NCBI GenBank assembly: GCA_002418775.1
Contig: DIEU01000058.1
Span: forward strand, 24,224 to 88,223
From: Firmicutes bacterium UBA5766
Lineage (GTDB): Bacteria; Bacillota; Desulfotomaculia; Desulfotomaculales; Nap2-2B
Direction of reading: 5' to 3'
Length of the DNA: 64,000 bases
In this document: positions 27,797 through 36,953 of the stretch, piece after piece
Position numbering within the stretch: the stretch's first letter is position 1
Layout of the letters: each line of letters opens with the position of its first letter
Translations under genes and position numbers: made by a program
Notes under the pieces: generated by a model
Database searches by the model: none
What the model saw: the letters and a program-made list of their open reading frames with translations, nothing else
Told to the model about the DNA's origin: nothing

Positions 27797-28406
27797 TGAA
27801 AGAAGTTATTTCCTCGATCGGACGGAGATTCCTCGGCGGAGATATATAGTCAGACCAACCCAAAGCAACCAGGGCGGCCAGACTGCGGGGAGGCTTAACC
27901 CCTAATAGTTCCTCAAGGTCCGGCCTGGCAACCATCGGGCCTGTCAGCCAACAACCGCCGTATCCCCTGGAATGCGCAGCCAGAAGAAGATTCTGTATGG
28001 CGGCGCCGATGGACTGCAGATCCGGACGGCAGCGCAGAGAATCAACCTCGTATTCGGAATACCCGGCTTTAAACAACATATTATCAAGAACGGTGCGGTA
28101 TTTGAATGCGCTTACTGCAATAACCACCGGGGCCCTGGAAAACCACATAACAATTTTTTTAGGATCCGATTGAAATTTTTCGTTAACCTGCCGGGCAAGC
28201 GAGTCAATTTTCTGTGATACAAGCTGGCTCATTTTTTCCTTGATTTCCTGATTTTTTATAATAATGAAGTGCCACATCTGTTGATCGCCGGAACTGGGAG
28301 CATGTGAGGCGAGTTCAATCAGGCTTAAAATTTCGGAATCCGGCAGGTCATCTTTTTTATATCTTCTTATACTGCGGCGTTCCCGCACCACTTGGTCAAA
28401 TTCCAT
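27789..28406 (-). CDS. Nitroreductase-family protein
   Basis: VRERRSIRRYK near the N-terminus, and a later GYGGCWL segment. Confidence 0.8.
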   Translation of the reverse strand: MEFDQVVRERRSIRRYKKDDLPDSEILSLIELASHAPSSGDQQMWHFIIIKNQEIKEKMSQLVSQKIDSLARQVNEKFQSDPKKIVMWFSRAPVVIAVSAFKYRTVLDNMLFKAGYSEYEVDSLRCRPDLQSIGAAIQNLLLAAHSRGYGGCWLTGPMVARPDLEELLGVKPPRSLAALVALGWSDYISPPRNLRPIEEITSFIK

Positions 28407-28603
28407 TCAGCCATACCTTCCCTTCGTCTCTCGGTTTTTTAAATTATCTTATCCTTCATCAGCCGGCTTTGTCAAACACCTTTAAATGACTTTATTTTTT
28501 CGATAGATTTATGAGTAAAATTAAGATGCTTGCAGGAATTTGTTAAATTATGAAGAAGTAATAAGGGCAAGCACCGAGGAATGTCAAGGAGGTTTGAAAA
28601 AAA

Positions 28604-30133
28604 ATGAATCTGGTATCACGGCTCTCTGAAGTCGGACGTCTTTATCCAAATAAGGAAGCCATTATCTATGAGGAAAGACGGATCACTTACGGCAGCTTAA
28701 TAGAACATATCAACAGGTTTGCCAATGGTTTAAAAAACTTTGGTATTCAAAAAGGCGACCGTATTTTAATTGCTTTAGGGAACTGCCCGCAATTTGTCAT
28801 TTCTTATTTCGCCATAATGCGGATTAATGCCGTAGTTATACCTGTTAATCCTCAATATGCCCTTAACGAAATTGAAAAAATAGCCGCCGATGCTCTCCCC
28901 GTAGCTGTAATTACGGATACTTCGATAGCTTCCAACTATATCAGGTTAAAAGAAAGAACCGGGTTGCCGGCCAATGTAATTGTAATTCGCTCCGAAAAAG
29001 GAAATTCTAAAACAGCTATTTCATTCAAAGAAATAATGGATAACGGGGATGAATTTTTCCCCGCCGAATATAATTATTATGATAACGATGTAATCGAACT
29101 CCTTTATACTCATGGTCCCACCGGCACGCTGAGGGGGGCTATGCTGACCAACCAGAACCTGTACAGCAATGCAATAGCATTTTTAGAACTATGCCGTTTG
29201 ACTCCTGAGGACCGTGCGTTGCTTGTTTCCAGAGCTTACCATGCTCCTGCCCAGACATGCGCCATGAATGCCCCGCTTATGGCCGGGTCAACCGTAGTGA
29301 TGCATGATATCTGGACCAAACCGGAAACAATCCTGCGAACTATCGAAGAAGAAGGAATTACTTTCTTCTTCGGCACACCTCCGATGTACAGAATATTGCT
29401 TGATTTTCCAGAGCCCAAACGATTTAAAACAGATTCACTGCGGGTGACCTATACTGCCGCAGACCCGCTTCCGCCCGATACTTTCCAGTCGTTTGAAGAA
29501 AAATTCGGACTGCAGATAACCGAGGCTTATGGCTGTACCGAAACTTCCCCGTTGATCTGCTCTAACCCGGTTGAAGGGACCAAAAAACCGGGTTCCGTAG
29601 GGCGGCCATTGCCCGGTATAGATTTGAAAATTGTTGATTATGAAGACCGGGAAGTTCCAGCCGGACAGGTTGGTGAAATTGTGGTCAGCGGGCCGAATGT
29701 CATGAAAGGTTACTATCACCGCGAGGAAGAAACCAATTGGGTAATGCGCAACGGGTGGTTCCATACCGAAGACCTTGCCTATATGGATAATGAAGGATAC
29801 GTTTTTATTGTTGACCGCAAGAAAGACTTGCTTGTCCGGGGAGGCCTCAATGTGCACCCCCGTGAAGTGGAAGATGTGCTTTATACACACCCTGCAGTAT
29901 TTGAAGTGGCTGTAATAGGAATGCCCGATCCTATCTGGGGAGAGAAAGTCGCCGCCTTTGTCCATTTAAGAAAGGATACACAAATTGACGCAAAAGAATT
30001 ACAGGAATTTTGCAAGGACAAACTGGCCAGTTATAAAATTCCGCGTGTTATACACATAGTAGACGAACTGCCCAAGACATCGTCAGGAAAGCTGTTAAAA
30101 CACGAGTTAAAGAATATTATTGAAAATAGTTAA
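28604..30133 (+). CDS. AMP-dependent acyl-CoA synthetase/ligase (FadD-like)
   Basis: A variant AMP-binding P-loop LLYTHGPTGTLRGA, then TEAYGCTE, WFHTEDLAYMDNEGYVFIVDRKKD and a C-terminal SSGKLLK. Confidence 0.85.
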   Translation: MNLVSRLSEVGRLYPNKEAIIYEERRITYGSLIEHINRFANGLKNFGIQKGDRILIALGNCPQFVISYFAIMRINAVVIPVNPQYALNEIEKIAADALPVAVITDTSIASNYIRLKERTGLPANVIVIRSEKGNSKTAISFKEIMDNGDEFFPAEYNYYDNDVIELLYTHGPTGTLRGAMLTNQNLYSNAIAFLELCRLTPEDRALLVSRAYHAPAQTCAMNAPLMAGSTVVMHDIWTKPETILRTIEEEGITFFFGTPPMYRILLDFPEPKRFKTDSLRVTYTAADPLPPDTFQSFEEKFGLQITEAYGCTETSPLICSNPVEGTKKPGSVGRPLPGIDLKIVDYEDREVPAGQVGEIVVSGPNVMKGYYHREEETNWVMRNGWFHTEDLAYMDNEGYVFIVDRKKDLLVRGGLNVHPREVEDVLYTHPAVFEVAVIGMPDPIWGEKVAAFVHLRKDTQIDAKELQEFCKDKLASYKIPRVIHIVDELPKTSSGKLLKHELKNIIENS

Positions 30134-30204
30134 AACAAAATTGTTTTTTCTTATTCTTTGTGCCTTAAGCGCCTTTGTGCCTGAGTAGTTACGTTTGACA
30201 GACA

Positions 30205-31362
30205 TTATAAATTGCCCGGTTTCTCCGTAACCGAAATCTGTATGCTGCGCAAGTTGCCATCCCTGTAAAAGGTTACCGGCACACTTTGTCCGATTTTTGA
30301 TTTACTGATCAGTTCAACCAGAGCGTCCGGCGACGCAACTTCCTTTCCGTCCCATTTAGTTATAATATCTCCCTTTTTTAGACCGGCGGCAGCGGCGGGA
30401 CTGTCTGAAAGAATACCTGCTACAAGAGCGCCCTTTGTTCCTTTATAATTCAGGTAAGCGGATGTTTCTTCGGTTAAAGACTGCGCCTGGACACCAAGCC
30501 AGGGCCGGACTACTTTCCCTTTATTAATTAATTCCTGGATTACATCGTTGGCGGTATTTGCCGGTATGGCAAAGCCGATTCCCTGCGCCTGAGCGACAGC
30601 AGTGTTTATTCCGATAACTTGACCGGAAAGATTTAGGAGAGGGCCTCCGCTGTTCCCGGGATTAATTGACGCATCCGTCTGCAATAAATTCTTATAGCTG
30701 CGGTTTTCTACATTGATTGGGCGTCCCTTGGCGCTGATCACGCCAACGGTTACAGTATGATCCAACCCGTACGGATTGCCTATGGCGATAACCCAGTTCC
30801 CGGCCTTGATTTTGTCGGAGTCGCCCAGTTTCAGCGAGGAAAGGCTGCTTCCCGCTTTAACTTTTAATACAGCCAGGTCTAAATCATGGTCCGCTCCCAC
30901 TACGCTCGCCTGCAGAGAGTCTTTAAATCCTTGAATGGTAACTGTTATTCTATCGGCGCCTTCAATAACATGTTCGTTAGTCAAAATATACCCGTCACTA
31001 GATATTATAAAGCCTGAACCAAGGCCGTGCTCCTCCTGCGGCTGCGCATTGCCAAAGGGACTGCCAAAAAACTGCCTGAAAAAAGGATCGTTAAAGAAAG
31101 GATCGTATTGCCGGCCGCTGACTGTTACAGTATCGATCTTTACAACTGCCGGACCTGCATTGCTCACTATTTCAGCCACGGCGTCTGCGTTAACTCCGGG
31201 AGGCGTTCCGGAAGCATCTGCAAGATTACTTACTGCAACCCCGGATTTATTCCCCGCCAGCGGGTTGAGATCGCTCACCGCCAGACAGCCGCTCATAAAC
31301 ATTACTCCTGCTATAAAAGCAGCCAGTGCAATAAAAAGCAAATTCCGTTTTAAATTCACCAT
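30205..31362 (-). CDS. htrA: HtrA/DegP-family serine protease with PDZ domain
   Basis: The catalytic triad sits in TNEHV, DLAVLK and GNSGGPL. An N-terminal TM segment and a C-terminal PDZ domain (GDIITKWDGKEV) are also present. Confidence 0.9.
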   Translation of the reverse strand: MVNLKRNLLFIALAAFIAGVMFMSGCLAVSDLNPLAGNKSGVAVSNLADASGTPPGVNADAVAEIVSNAGPAVVKIDTVTVSGRQYDPFFNDPFFRQFFGSPFGNAQPQEEHGLGSGFIISSDGYILTNEHVIEGADRITVTIQGFKDSLQASVVGADHDLDLAVLKVKAGSSLSSLKLGDSDKIKAGNWVIAIGNPYGLDHTVTVGVISAKGRPINVENRSYKNLLQTDASINPGNSGGPLLNLSGQVIGINTAVAQAQGIGFAIPANTANDVIQELINKGKVVRPWLGVQAQSLTEETSAYLNYKGTKGALVAGILSDSPAAAAGLKKGDIITKWDGKEVASPDALVELISKSKIGQSVPVTFYRDGNLRSIQISVTEKPGNL

Positions 31363-31391
31363 TTACTCCGCCTACCCTTGTTTGTTCTGGT

Positions 31392-33317
31392 TTATACACC
31401 ATTAGCTGTTGTTTTTGGTTTAATCAAAAACCTCTTATCACCCACCCTTTTGGTCACCTTGATTCTATCAAAATATTCTAGCAGAGGCAACGCGTATTTT
31501 CGGGAAATATTTAATAGGGTTTTAATTTCTCCAATCGAAATCTCCTTGTTTTTTTCCAAATACACGACCAGTATTTTTTTTGCGTCCTCAATAGCGGCAG
31601 CGTGGAAATGAAGGCCTTCCGCCACTTTTATCAGCGTCCCCTGCCGCAAAAAATGCTGCAGGACCTCCTGAGACTGTAATTCATTAAAACCTTCTCCAGA
31701 GGAAACGCTTTCCCAATCCGGCGGTTGAAAGCTGCTTTTGTAAAAAGTATCCTCTATTCTCTTAATAATTTCCTGCTGACCGTCTTCAAGTTTAGGTTGA
31801 AAACCTTTCAAAGATACTGTGTTTGAACCCGGACTTAAAATATTTTCTTCCTCCATGATTTTAAGCAGCGCTTGAAGCTGTCTGGCGGTAAACTGGGGGA
31901 AAAGCCGGGAACGCAGTTCCTCGCGGGGGGAACCTTCCCTCAAAGGAAACTGGCGATGGTATTTTTTCAGCAGTTCGGTCAATTTTTCAACCCATTGCCT
32001 GTATACATCCCGGGAAATAAAAAATTGGTCATGATCCACTGTAAGGATGTACACTTTGTTTTCACCGGCCAGTTCTTGAAGAGACCGGCTGGTTTCTTCC
32101 TCATTGATTCCGGTTGCCCGGGATATATCCGATCTGTTCTGGATTGTTTTCTGGTTTTTTAAATAACTTTCCACCTGTTCGGCAGGACGGCCAAGTTCAC
32201 GGGTAACCAGCGCTTCAATTACTTCTTCCCGCATTCGTTTATGCTTCCTGGACGCCGAATCAACTATGGCGCCTCCTCCCAAAGTATAAACGGGAGAATA
32301 CGAACGGAACACAAAGCGGTCCCCTTTTATGGCTGCAACTGGTTCCTCAAGTAAAAATTGCGCATAAGCGGTTTCTCCAGGTAAAAGCTTTTCCCTGTCC
32401 AACAGGATAACCCTGCCGGGAATTTCAGCCGTGCCAAGATAAAAACGGAGGCGGGTCCGGTTTTCCAACTCCTTTTGCACATTTGCGAGTAAAGAAATCC
32501 GGGCATCCAAACGGTTAGCAGGCCTTAAAAAACCCGGCTTTGCCAAAACGCTGCCTCTTTGTGCCTGTTCTACTCCCACACCGGCAATATTTACAGCCAC
32601 CCTCTGCCCGGCTGTAGCTTCTTTTACTTTCTCACCGTGAACCTGCAGGGAACGCACCCTGGCAACCAATCCCTGAGGCATAATCTCCAGGTTGTCTCCG
32701 GTATGAATCACTCCGCTCCAGAGTGTGCCCGTCACCACTGTGCCAAACCCCGTTACGGAGAAAGCCCTGTCTATAGGCAGCCTGGCCTGCCCTGAGGTAT
32801 CCTTTCCTTCTACCGGAACCTCGTCGATTTTTTCCAGCAGTTTCTCCAGTCCCTGACCGGTAACCGCAGATACCTCCACAACAGGGGAATCCTTTAAAGG
32901 AGTGTCTTTCAAAAAATCATTGACATCTTCCCGGACCAATTTTAAAAATTCTTCGTCAACCAGGTCAACTTTCGTCAAGGCAACTATTCCCCTGTCGATC
33001 TGCAATAAGCGGACAATATCCATATGCTCCCGGGTTTGGGGCATAACCCCCTCATCTGCGGCAATAACTAGTAAAACGAGATCGATTCCGGCCACCCCTG
33101 CAAGCATGTTTTTGATAAACCGCTCGTGACCGGGGACATCCACAATGCCTGCACGGCGTCCGCTGGGGAGCAGGCAAAAAGCAAATCCCAGCTCGATGGA
33201 GATTCCTCTTTCCTTCTCCAGCTTTAACCTGTCAGTGTCAATTCCCGTCAGGGCCTTAATCAGGGCTGTTTTCCCGTGATCTACATGGCCTGCCGTGCCA
33301 ATAATAATATTGGTCAT
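31392..33317 (-). CDS. selB: Selenocysteine-specific translation elongation factor SelB
   Basis: IIGTAGHVDHGKTALIKALTG (G1), DVPGHERF (G3), and long winged-helix C-terminal repeats. The preferred start is ATG 33317 (RBS GGGGTGA), 4 nt after the selA stop. The track start at 33341 is also possible. Confidence 0.9.
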   Translation of the reverse strand: MTNIIIGTAGHVDHGKTALIKALTGIDTDRLKLEKERGISIELGFAFCLLPSGRRAGIVDVPGHERFIKNMLAGVAGIDLVLLVIAADEGVMPQTREHMDIVRLLQIDRGIVALTKVDLVDEEFLKLVREDVNDFLKDTPLKDSPVVEVSAVTGQGLEKLLEKIDEVPVEGKDTSGQARLPIDRAFSVTGFGTVVTGTLWSGVIHTGDNLEIMPQGLVARVRSLQVHGEKVKEATAGQRVAVNIAGVGVEQAQRGSVLAKPGFLRPANRLDARISLLANVQKELENRTRLRFYLGTAEIPGRVILLDREKLLPGETAYAQFLLEEPVAAIKGDRFVFRSYSPVYTLGGGAIVDSASRKHKRMREEVIEALVTRELGRPAEQVESYLKNQKTIQNRSDISRATGINEEETSRSLQELAGENKVYILTVDHDQFFISRDVYRQWVEKLTELLKKYHRQFPLREGSPREELRSRLFPQFTARQLQALLKIMEEENILSPGSNTVSLKGFQPKLEDGQQEIIKRIEDTFYKSSFQPPDWESVSSGEGFNELQSQEVLQHFLRQGTLIKVAEGLHFHAAAIEDAKKILVVYLEKNKEISIGEIKTLLNISRKYALPLLEYFDRIKVTKRVGDKRFLIKPKTTANGV

Positions 33318-33321
33318 CACT

Positions 33322-34785
33322 TCACCCCTGGAATAATTCATTTTGCTCCTCTTTTAACAAAACCCCTGACACTGCGTCCAGGATCATTTCTTCTTCTCCC
33401 TTTTGTATGGTCCTTAAATCTAAAAAAAAGAGGTCTTCCTGCACCCTGCCCAAAACGGCGGGCTCATGATATCTTAAAAGCTGGCTGAACCGTTCCATGC
33501 TCAGTTTAGACGGCTTAACTGCCACAGCAAATGAAGGCAGTTCCGCCGCCGGCATAGCCCCGCCTCCTACACGGGAAACAGAGCTTCTGACGGTTACTTC
33601 CGCTTCCTTCCGCACAGCTGCTCTTAAACTGCAAGCCAAATCTTCCGCCCTGTGCCGGATATCCTCCACATTTCCGGTAATCATCCGCAGCGTTGGAATA
33701 TCTTCCAGGACCTGCTCCGGATTCAGGTAAGATCTTAAGGTGGCTTCCAGCGCCGCCAGAGTCAGTTTGTCTATCCTCAACGCACGGGCCAAGTGGTTCC
33801 TTTTCATTTCCTCAATAATTTCTTTTTTGCCGGCAATAATTCCCGCCTGTGGACCGCCAAGCATTTTATCCCCGGAAAAGGTCACCACACTGGCGCCAGC
33901 GCCCAGCGCCTGTTGGACGGTAGGCTCAGCCGGCAGATTAAAAGACCCGAAATCCGCCAGTACACCGCTGCCCAGATCGCTCATTACCGGCAGGTTAAAC
34001 TCCTGTCCCAATTTTACAAGTTCAGAAGCACTTGCCTGTCTGGCAAAACCTATAATATGGTAATTGCTTGTATGGACATGTAAAATCAACGCCGTTCTCC
34101 CGGTGATTGCCTCCCGGTAATCCTCGACATATGTCTTATTGGTCGTGCCCACTTCAACAAGTGTGCAGCCGCCCTGTTTCATAATCTCGGGAATGCGGAA
34201 AGACCCTCCTATTTCCACGAGCTGGCCTCTTGAGACAATCACTTCCCTGTCCCGGGCCAGTGTGTTCAATGCCAGAAGGACGGCTGCCGCGTTGTTATTT
34301 ACGACCAGAAAGGACTCTGCGCCGGTTAATCTTGAAAGGATGTCTTGAACGGCGGCGTGCCGTGAACCTCTCCTGCCTGTATCGAGATCAAATTCAAGAT
34401 TAATGTAGCTGGACGCGGCCAGGAAGACAGCCTGACAGGCGGCCGTGCTTAACAACGAACGGCCAAGATTTGTATGTAAAATAACTCCTGTTCCATTGAT
34501 TACTTTCTTTATATTTAATCCTGCAATCCTTCCAATCATTTCCGCAGTTTCCTGTGCGATAAGTTCCTTAAGCTGTTCCCTGGAAAAACCTTTTCTTAAA
34601 CCTTCGTTATTTCTCAGTTCGCCGCGTATGCGGTCGAGGACGCTGCGTACTGTTTCAAGGACTATTTCACGCGGATATGAATCTAAAAGTTCACTTACTT
34701 TGGAAGACTGCAGAATTTCATTTACAGCAGGCAACTTGTTTAAGGTCTTTTCCCCGCTATTTTCATCCAAAATGATTGCCCCCAA
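33322..34785 (-). CDS. selA: L-seryl-tRNA(Sec) selenium transferase SelA
   Basis: LNKLPAVNEIL N-terminus, VINGTGVILHTNLGRS, and the PLP-lysine context VVTFSGDKMLGGPQAG. The TTG start directly abuts the menG stop. Confidence 0.9.
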   Translation of the reverse strand: MGAIILDENSGEKTLNKLPAVNEILQSSKVSELLDSYPREIVLETVRSVLDRIRGELRNNEGLRKGFSREQLKELIAQETAEMIGRIAGLNIKKVINGTGVILHTNLGRSLLSTAACQAVFLAASSYINLEFDLDTGRRGSRHAAVQDILSRLTGAESFLVVNNNAAAVLLALNTLARDREVIVSRGQLVEIGGSFRIPEIMKQGGCTLVEVGTTNKTYVEDYREAITGRTALILHVHTSNYHIIGFARQASASELVKLGQEFNLPVMSDLGSGVLADFGSFNLPAEPTVQQALGAGASVVTFSGDKMLGGPQAGIIAGKKEIIEEMKRNHLARALRIDKLTLAALEATLRSYLNPEQVLEDIPTLRMITGNVEDIRHRAEDLACSLRAAVRKEAEVTVRSSVSRVGGGAMPAAELPSFAVAVKPSKLSMERFSQLLRYHEPAVLGRVQEDLFFLDLRTIQKGEEEMILDAVSGVLLKEEQNELFQG

Positions 34786-35508
34786 TCATACTGTTCCGAC
34801 ATGCACCGAGACTATACCGCCTGTTAGTTCGTGATAGTGGGCATTTTCCAGCCCGGCATCTTCGAAAAGCTGTCTGATTTTCTCCTGGTGAGGAAAATCT
34901 TTCAGTGAATTCGGCAGGTAGCTGTACGGGCCGCCGACTCCCGACCAAAAGCGCCCTATGGCCGGTACCAGGTTATTGAAGTAAAAATAATACAACTGCT
35001 TAAACAACGGGGCGCCGGGCTTGGAAAGTTCCAAAGAAACCACCCTGCCCCCTTTTTTTACTACCCGCTTCATTTCCCGGATTGTCTTTTCTATACTTGG
35101 CACATTGCGCAGGGCAAACCCTATGGATGCGCAATCAAAGCTGCCTTCCGGAAAGGGGAGATCAACAGCGTTTCCCTGAACCAGGGTAATCACATCTGAA
35201 AACTCCGCCGCTGATATGTTGGATTCAGCCCTGGCCAGCATATTCTCACAAAAATCCAGCGCCGTCACTTTTCCTTCCGGCCCCACTATTTTAGCCTGCT
35301 CGATAGCCAGCATGCCGGTGCCGCAACAAACGTCAAGGCCGTTACCACCAGGCTTCAGGTTCAGCTCACCTGCGGCAAAACGGCGCCAGCCTTTGTCTGA
35401 ATTAAGGCTCAGTATAGAATTAAGCAGATCGTACCTGTGAGCTATTGCGGTAAATATCTCATGTACATACTGCTCTTTGCTTTTATTGTAGTTTCCCTTA
35501 TTTAGCAT
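34786..35508 (-). CDS. ubiE: Demethylmenaquinone methyltransferase (UbiE/MenG)
   Basis: VHEIFTAIAHRYDLLNSILSLNSDKGWRR and the SAM motif LDVCCGTG. Confidence 0.9.
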   Translation of the reverse strand: MLNKGNYNKSKEQYVHEIFTAIAHRYDLLNSILSLNSDKGWRRFAAGELNLKPGGNGLDVCCGTGMLAIEQAKIVGPEGKVTALDFCENMLARAESNISAAEFSDVITLVQGNAVDLPFPEGSFDCASIGFALRNVPSIEKTIREMKRVVKKGGRVVSLELSKPGAPLFKQLYYFYFNNLVPAIGRFWSGVGGPYSYLPNSLKDFPHQEKIRQLFEDAGLENAHYHELTGGIVSVHVGTV

Positions 35509-36268
35509 AGCTTACATATTCTTCCTGCAATGAACCGATAAACTGCTTCAGCAGATTCCGGGATTCCCCCTGCGGCAATAACTCCAGGCAGTTTAACGCA
35601 TCCTTAAAAAAGTCTTTAACCGCTTCGGAATTGCCGGGCATATCCTCCGCAAGGCCCAGGGCCATCCCCAGGTTGAACCCAAAGGATTCGAGTAAATCTA
35701 AATCTTCCTCAGGAGCGCCGGCCAGTTCGCCGCTGATCCGGCAGCAAGCGGCAATTACCCGGCCAGATTCTTTTTCGATAACAGTCATGTTACTATCTGC
35801 TGATTGGGTCCCTTCTTGATCTGTTTTTATTTTAAGAATACACTTTTCATTAATCTGCCCAATCAACTCTGCGAAAGTGCGCAAATAGTTAAACAACCCC
35901 GCATCGCATAAGTTTACAAAAATCTGGCTGTAAAGATAATCTCCTATCAAAACGGGCAGCTGGCAGTAATCCCTGAAGTAATCAATCTTTTCCATCAGGC
36001 CGTCGTTTTCGAGAACAATTTTATGTATCTGGGAAGCCGTATGGATAAACTGTAAAATTGCTGCCAAATAAACCACCTGCCTGCTTACGTTATTATAAAG
36101 ATTGGCCGCAAGCAAGATCAGTCCCGGCCTGGTATGGTTATTAACAGGGGAAAAATCCAGGCGCATGAGGTCTAAAAGGCTCCCCGCCCTAGTTTTAAAA
36201 GCCTTGGATAAAATGCTTTGTACGTGCTCCAACTCTTTGTTAAACGAAAGCAATACCTCTTCCACCAA
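35498..36268 (-). CDS. Heptaprenyl diphosphate synthase component I-like protein (HepS-like)
   Basis: A helical polyprenyl-synthase-like protein (LIGDYLYSQIF) with no obvious DDxxD motif. It sits immediately upstream of menG, overlapping it by 11 nt, as hepS does in B. subtilis. Confidence 0.5.
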   Translation of the reverse strand: MVEEVLLSFNKELEHVQSILSKAFKTRAGSLLDLMRLDFSPVNNHTRPGLILLAANLYNNVSRQVVYLAAILQFIHTASQIHKIVLENDGLMEKIDYFRDYCQLPVLIGDYLYSQIFVNLCDAGLFNYLRTFAELIGQINEKCILKIKTDQEGTQSADSNMTVIEKESGRVIAACCRISGELAGAPEEDLDLLESFGFNLGMALGLAEDMPGNSEAVKDFFKDALNCLELLPQGESRNLLKQFIGSLQEEYVSYAK

Positions 36269-36348
36269 AATACCAACCCCTTAATAGGCAACTATATTAA
36301 AATTCTTTTAATGGATGACAATATCCTGCTCAGTTTATAAAAAGCAAT

Positions 36349-36380
36349 GAGCCTTGCAATCCTTCAAGGCAGCAAGGCTC
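36349..36380 (-). terminator. Probable terminator after speH
   Basis: GAGCCTTGC...GCAAGGCTC (9-bp stem, 14-nt loop). On the minus strand it is followed by ATTGCTTTTTA. Confidence 0.5.
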
Positions 36381-36423
36381 CGCTAATCTTCTTTTAAGCG
36401 GGTACTAATAAAAATCCCCCCTA

Positions 36424-36801
36424 TTAATCCTGACCACTGGCTAGCCCTTGCAGCGGCAAAATACCACGTTTTACTTCCTTTGCCGCCATTTCTTTGGCAC
36501 AAAAATGATTTGTCAAATAATTGCAGGCGCCCCAGGGATCAACCCGATCACCACAGGTGAACACATCAACCGCCGCATAACCCAGTTCCGGCCATGTATG
36601 AATTGCCAGATGGGACTCTGAAATCACCACCACGCCGCTGATTCCCTGAGGGCTGAATCTATGGAATACGCTTTCTCTAACCTCTGCTCCTACTTCTTTA
36701 GCTGCGTTGACCATTATTTCCTCGACCATTTCCCTGTTGTTCAGAATGTCAAACTTACAGCCATAGATCTCAGCCAAAACGTGGCGGCCCAACTGTTTCA
36801 T
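36424..36801 (-). CDS. speH: S-adenosylmethionine decarboxylase proenzyme (small Bacillus/archaeal type)
   Basis: [11 protein letters not shown]...[15 protein letters not shown]...AVDVFTCG, including the ES self-cleavage site. Confidence 0.9.
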   Translation of the reverse strand: MKQLGRHVLAEIYGCKFDILNNREMVEEIMVNAAKEVGAEVRESVFHRFSPQGISGVVVISESHLAIHTWPELGYAAVDVFTCGDRVDPWGACNYLTNHFCAKEMAAKEVKRGILPLQGLASGQD

Positions 36802-36912
36802 CTACATATCTTCCCCCTTTTTTCTTTTTTAAAAAAAAGAGTGCTGGAATATGCCATTTTCCTGACAAATCTATATAAATGCCAGGTTTTCTGGCCATTC
36901 CAACCAAATAAA

Positions 36913-36940
36913 ATTGTAACACAAGATCGTTAGATGTCAA
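36913..36940 (-). promoter_or_regulatory. Sigma-A-type promoter candidate for speH
   Basis: The minus strand reads TTGACA (36940-36935), a 16-nt spacer, then TACAAT (36918-36913). It lies about 110 nt upstream of the speH start. Confidence 0.4.
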
Positions 36941-36953
36941 ATATAAATTTAGA

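Noticed and set aside
29435-29965. Long ORFs antisense to well-supported genes. Examples are 29435..29965, 30935..31405, 46974..47438, 5372..5830, 62374..62808, 7076..7462 and 8784..9215.
   Set aside because: Each lies entirely within, and opposite to, a gene with clear family motifs. Their translations are low-complexity (rich in S, P, R and C) and they lack ribosome-binding sites. They are typical shadow ORFs.
36269-36423. tRNA-Sec (selC), searched for in the intergenic regions flanking the sel genes and in the other large spacers (4324-4751, 21607-21846, 23766-23966, 36802-36953).
   Set aside because: I recognised no cloverleaf-compatible sequence with a UCA anticodon. A manual search is weak evidence, so selC may lie elsewhere in the genome.
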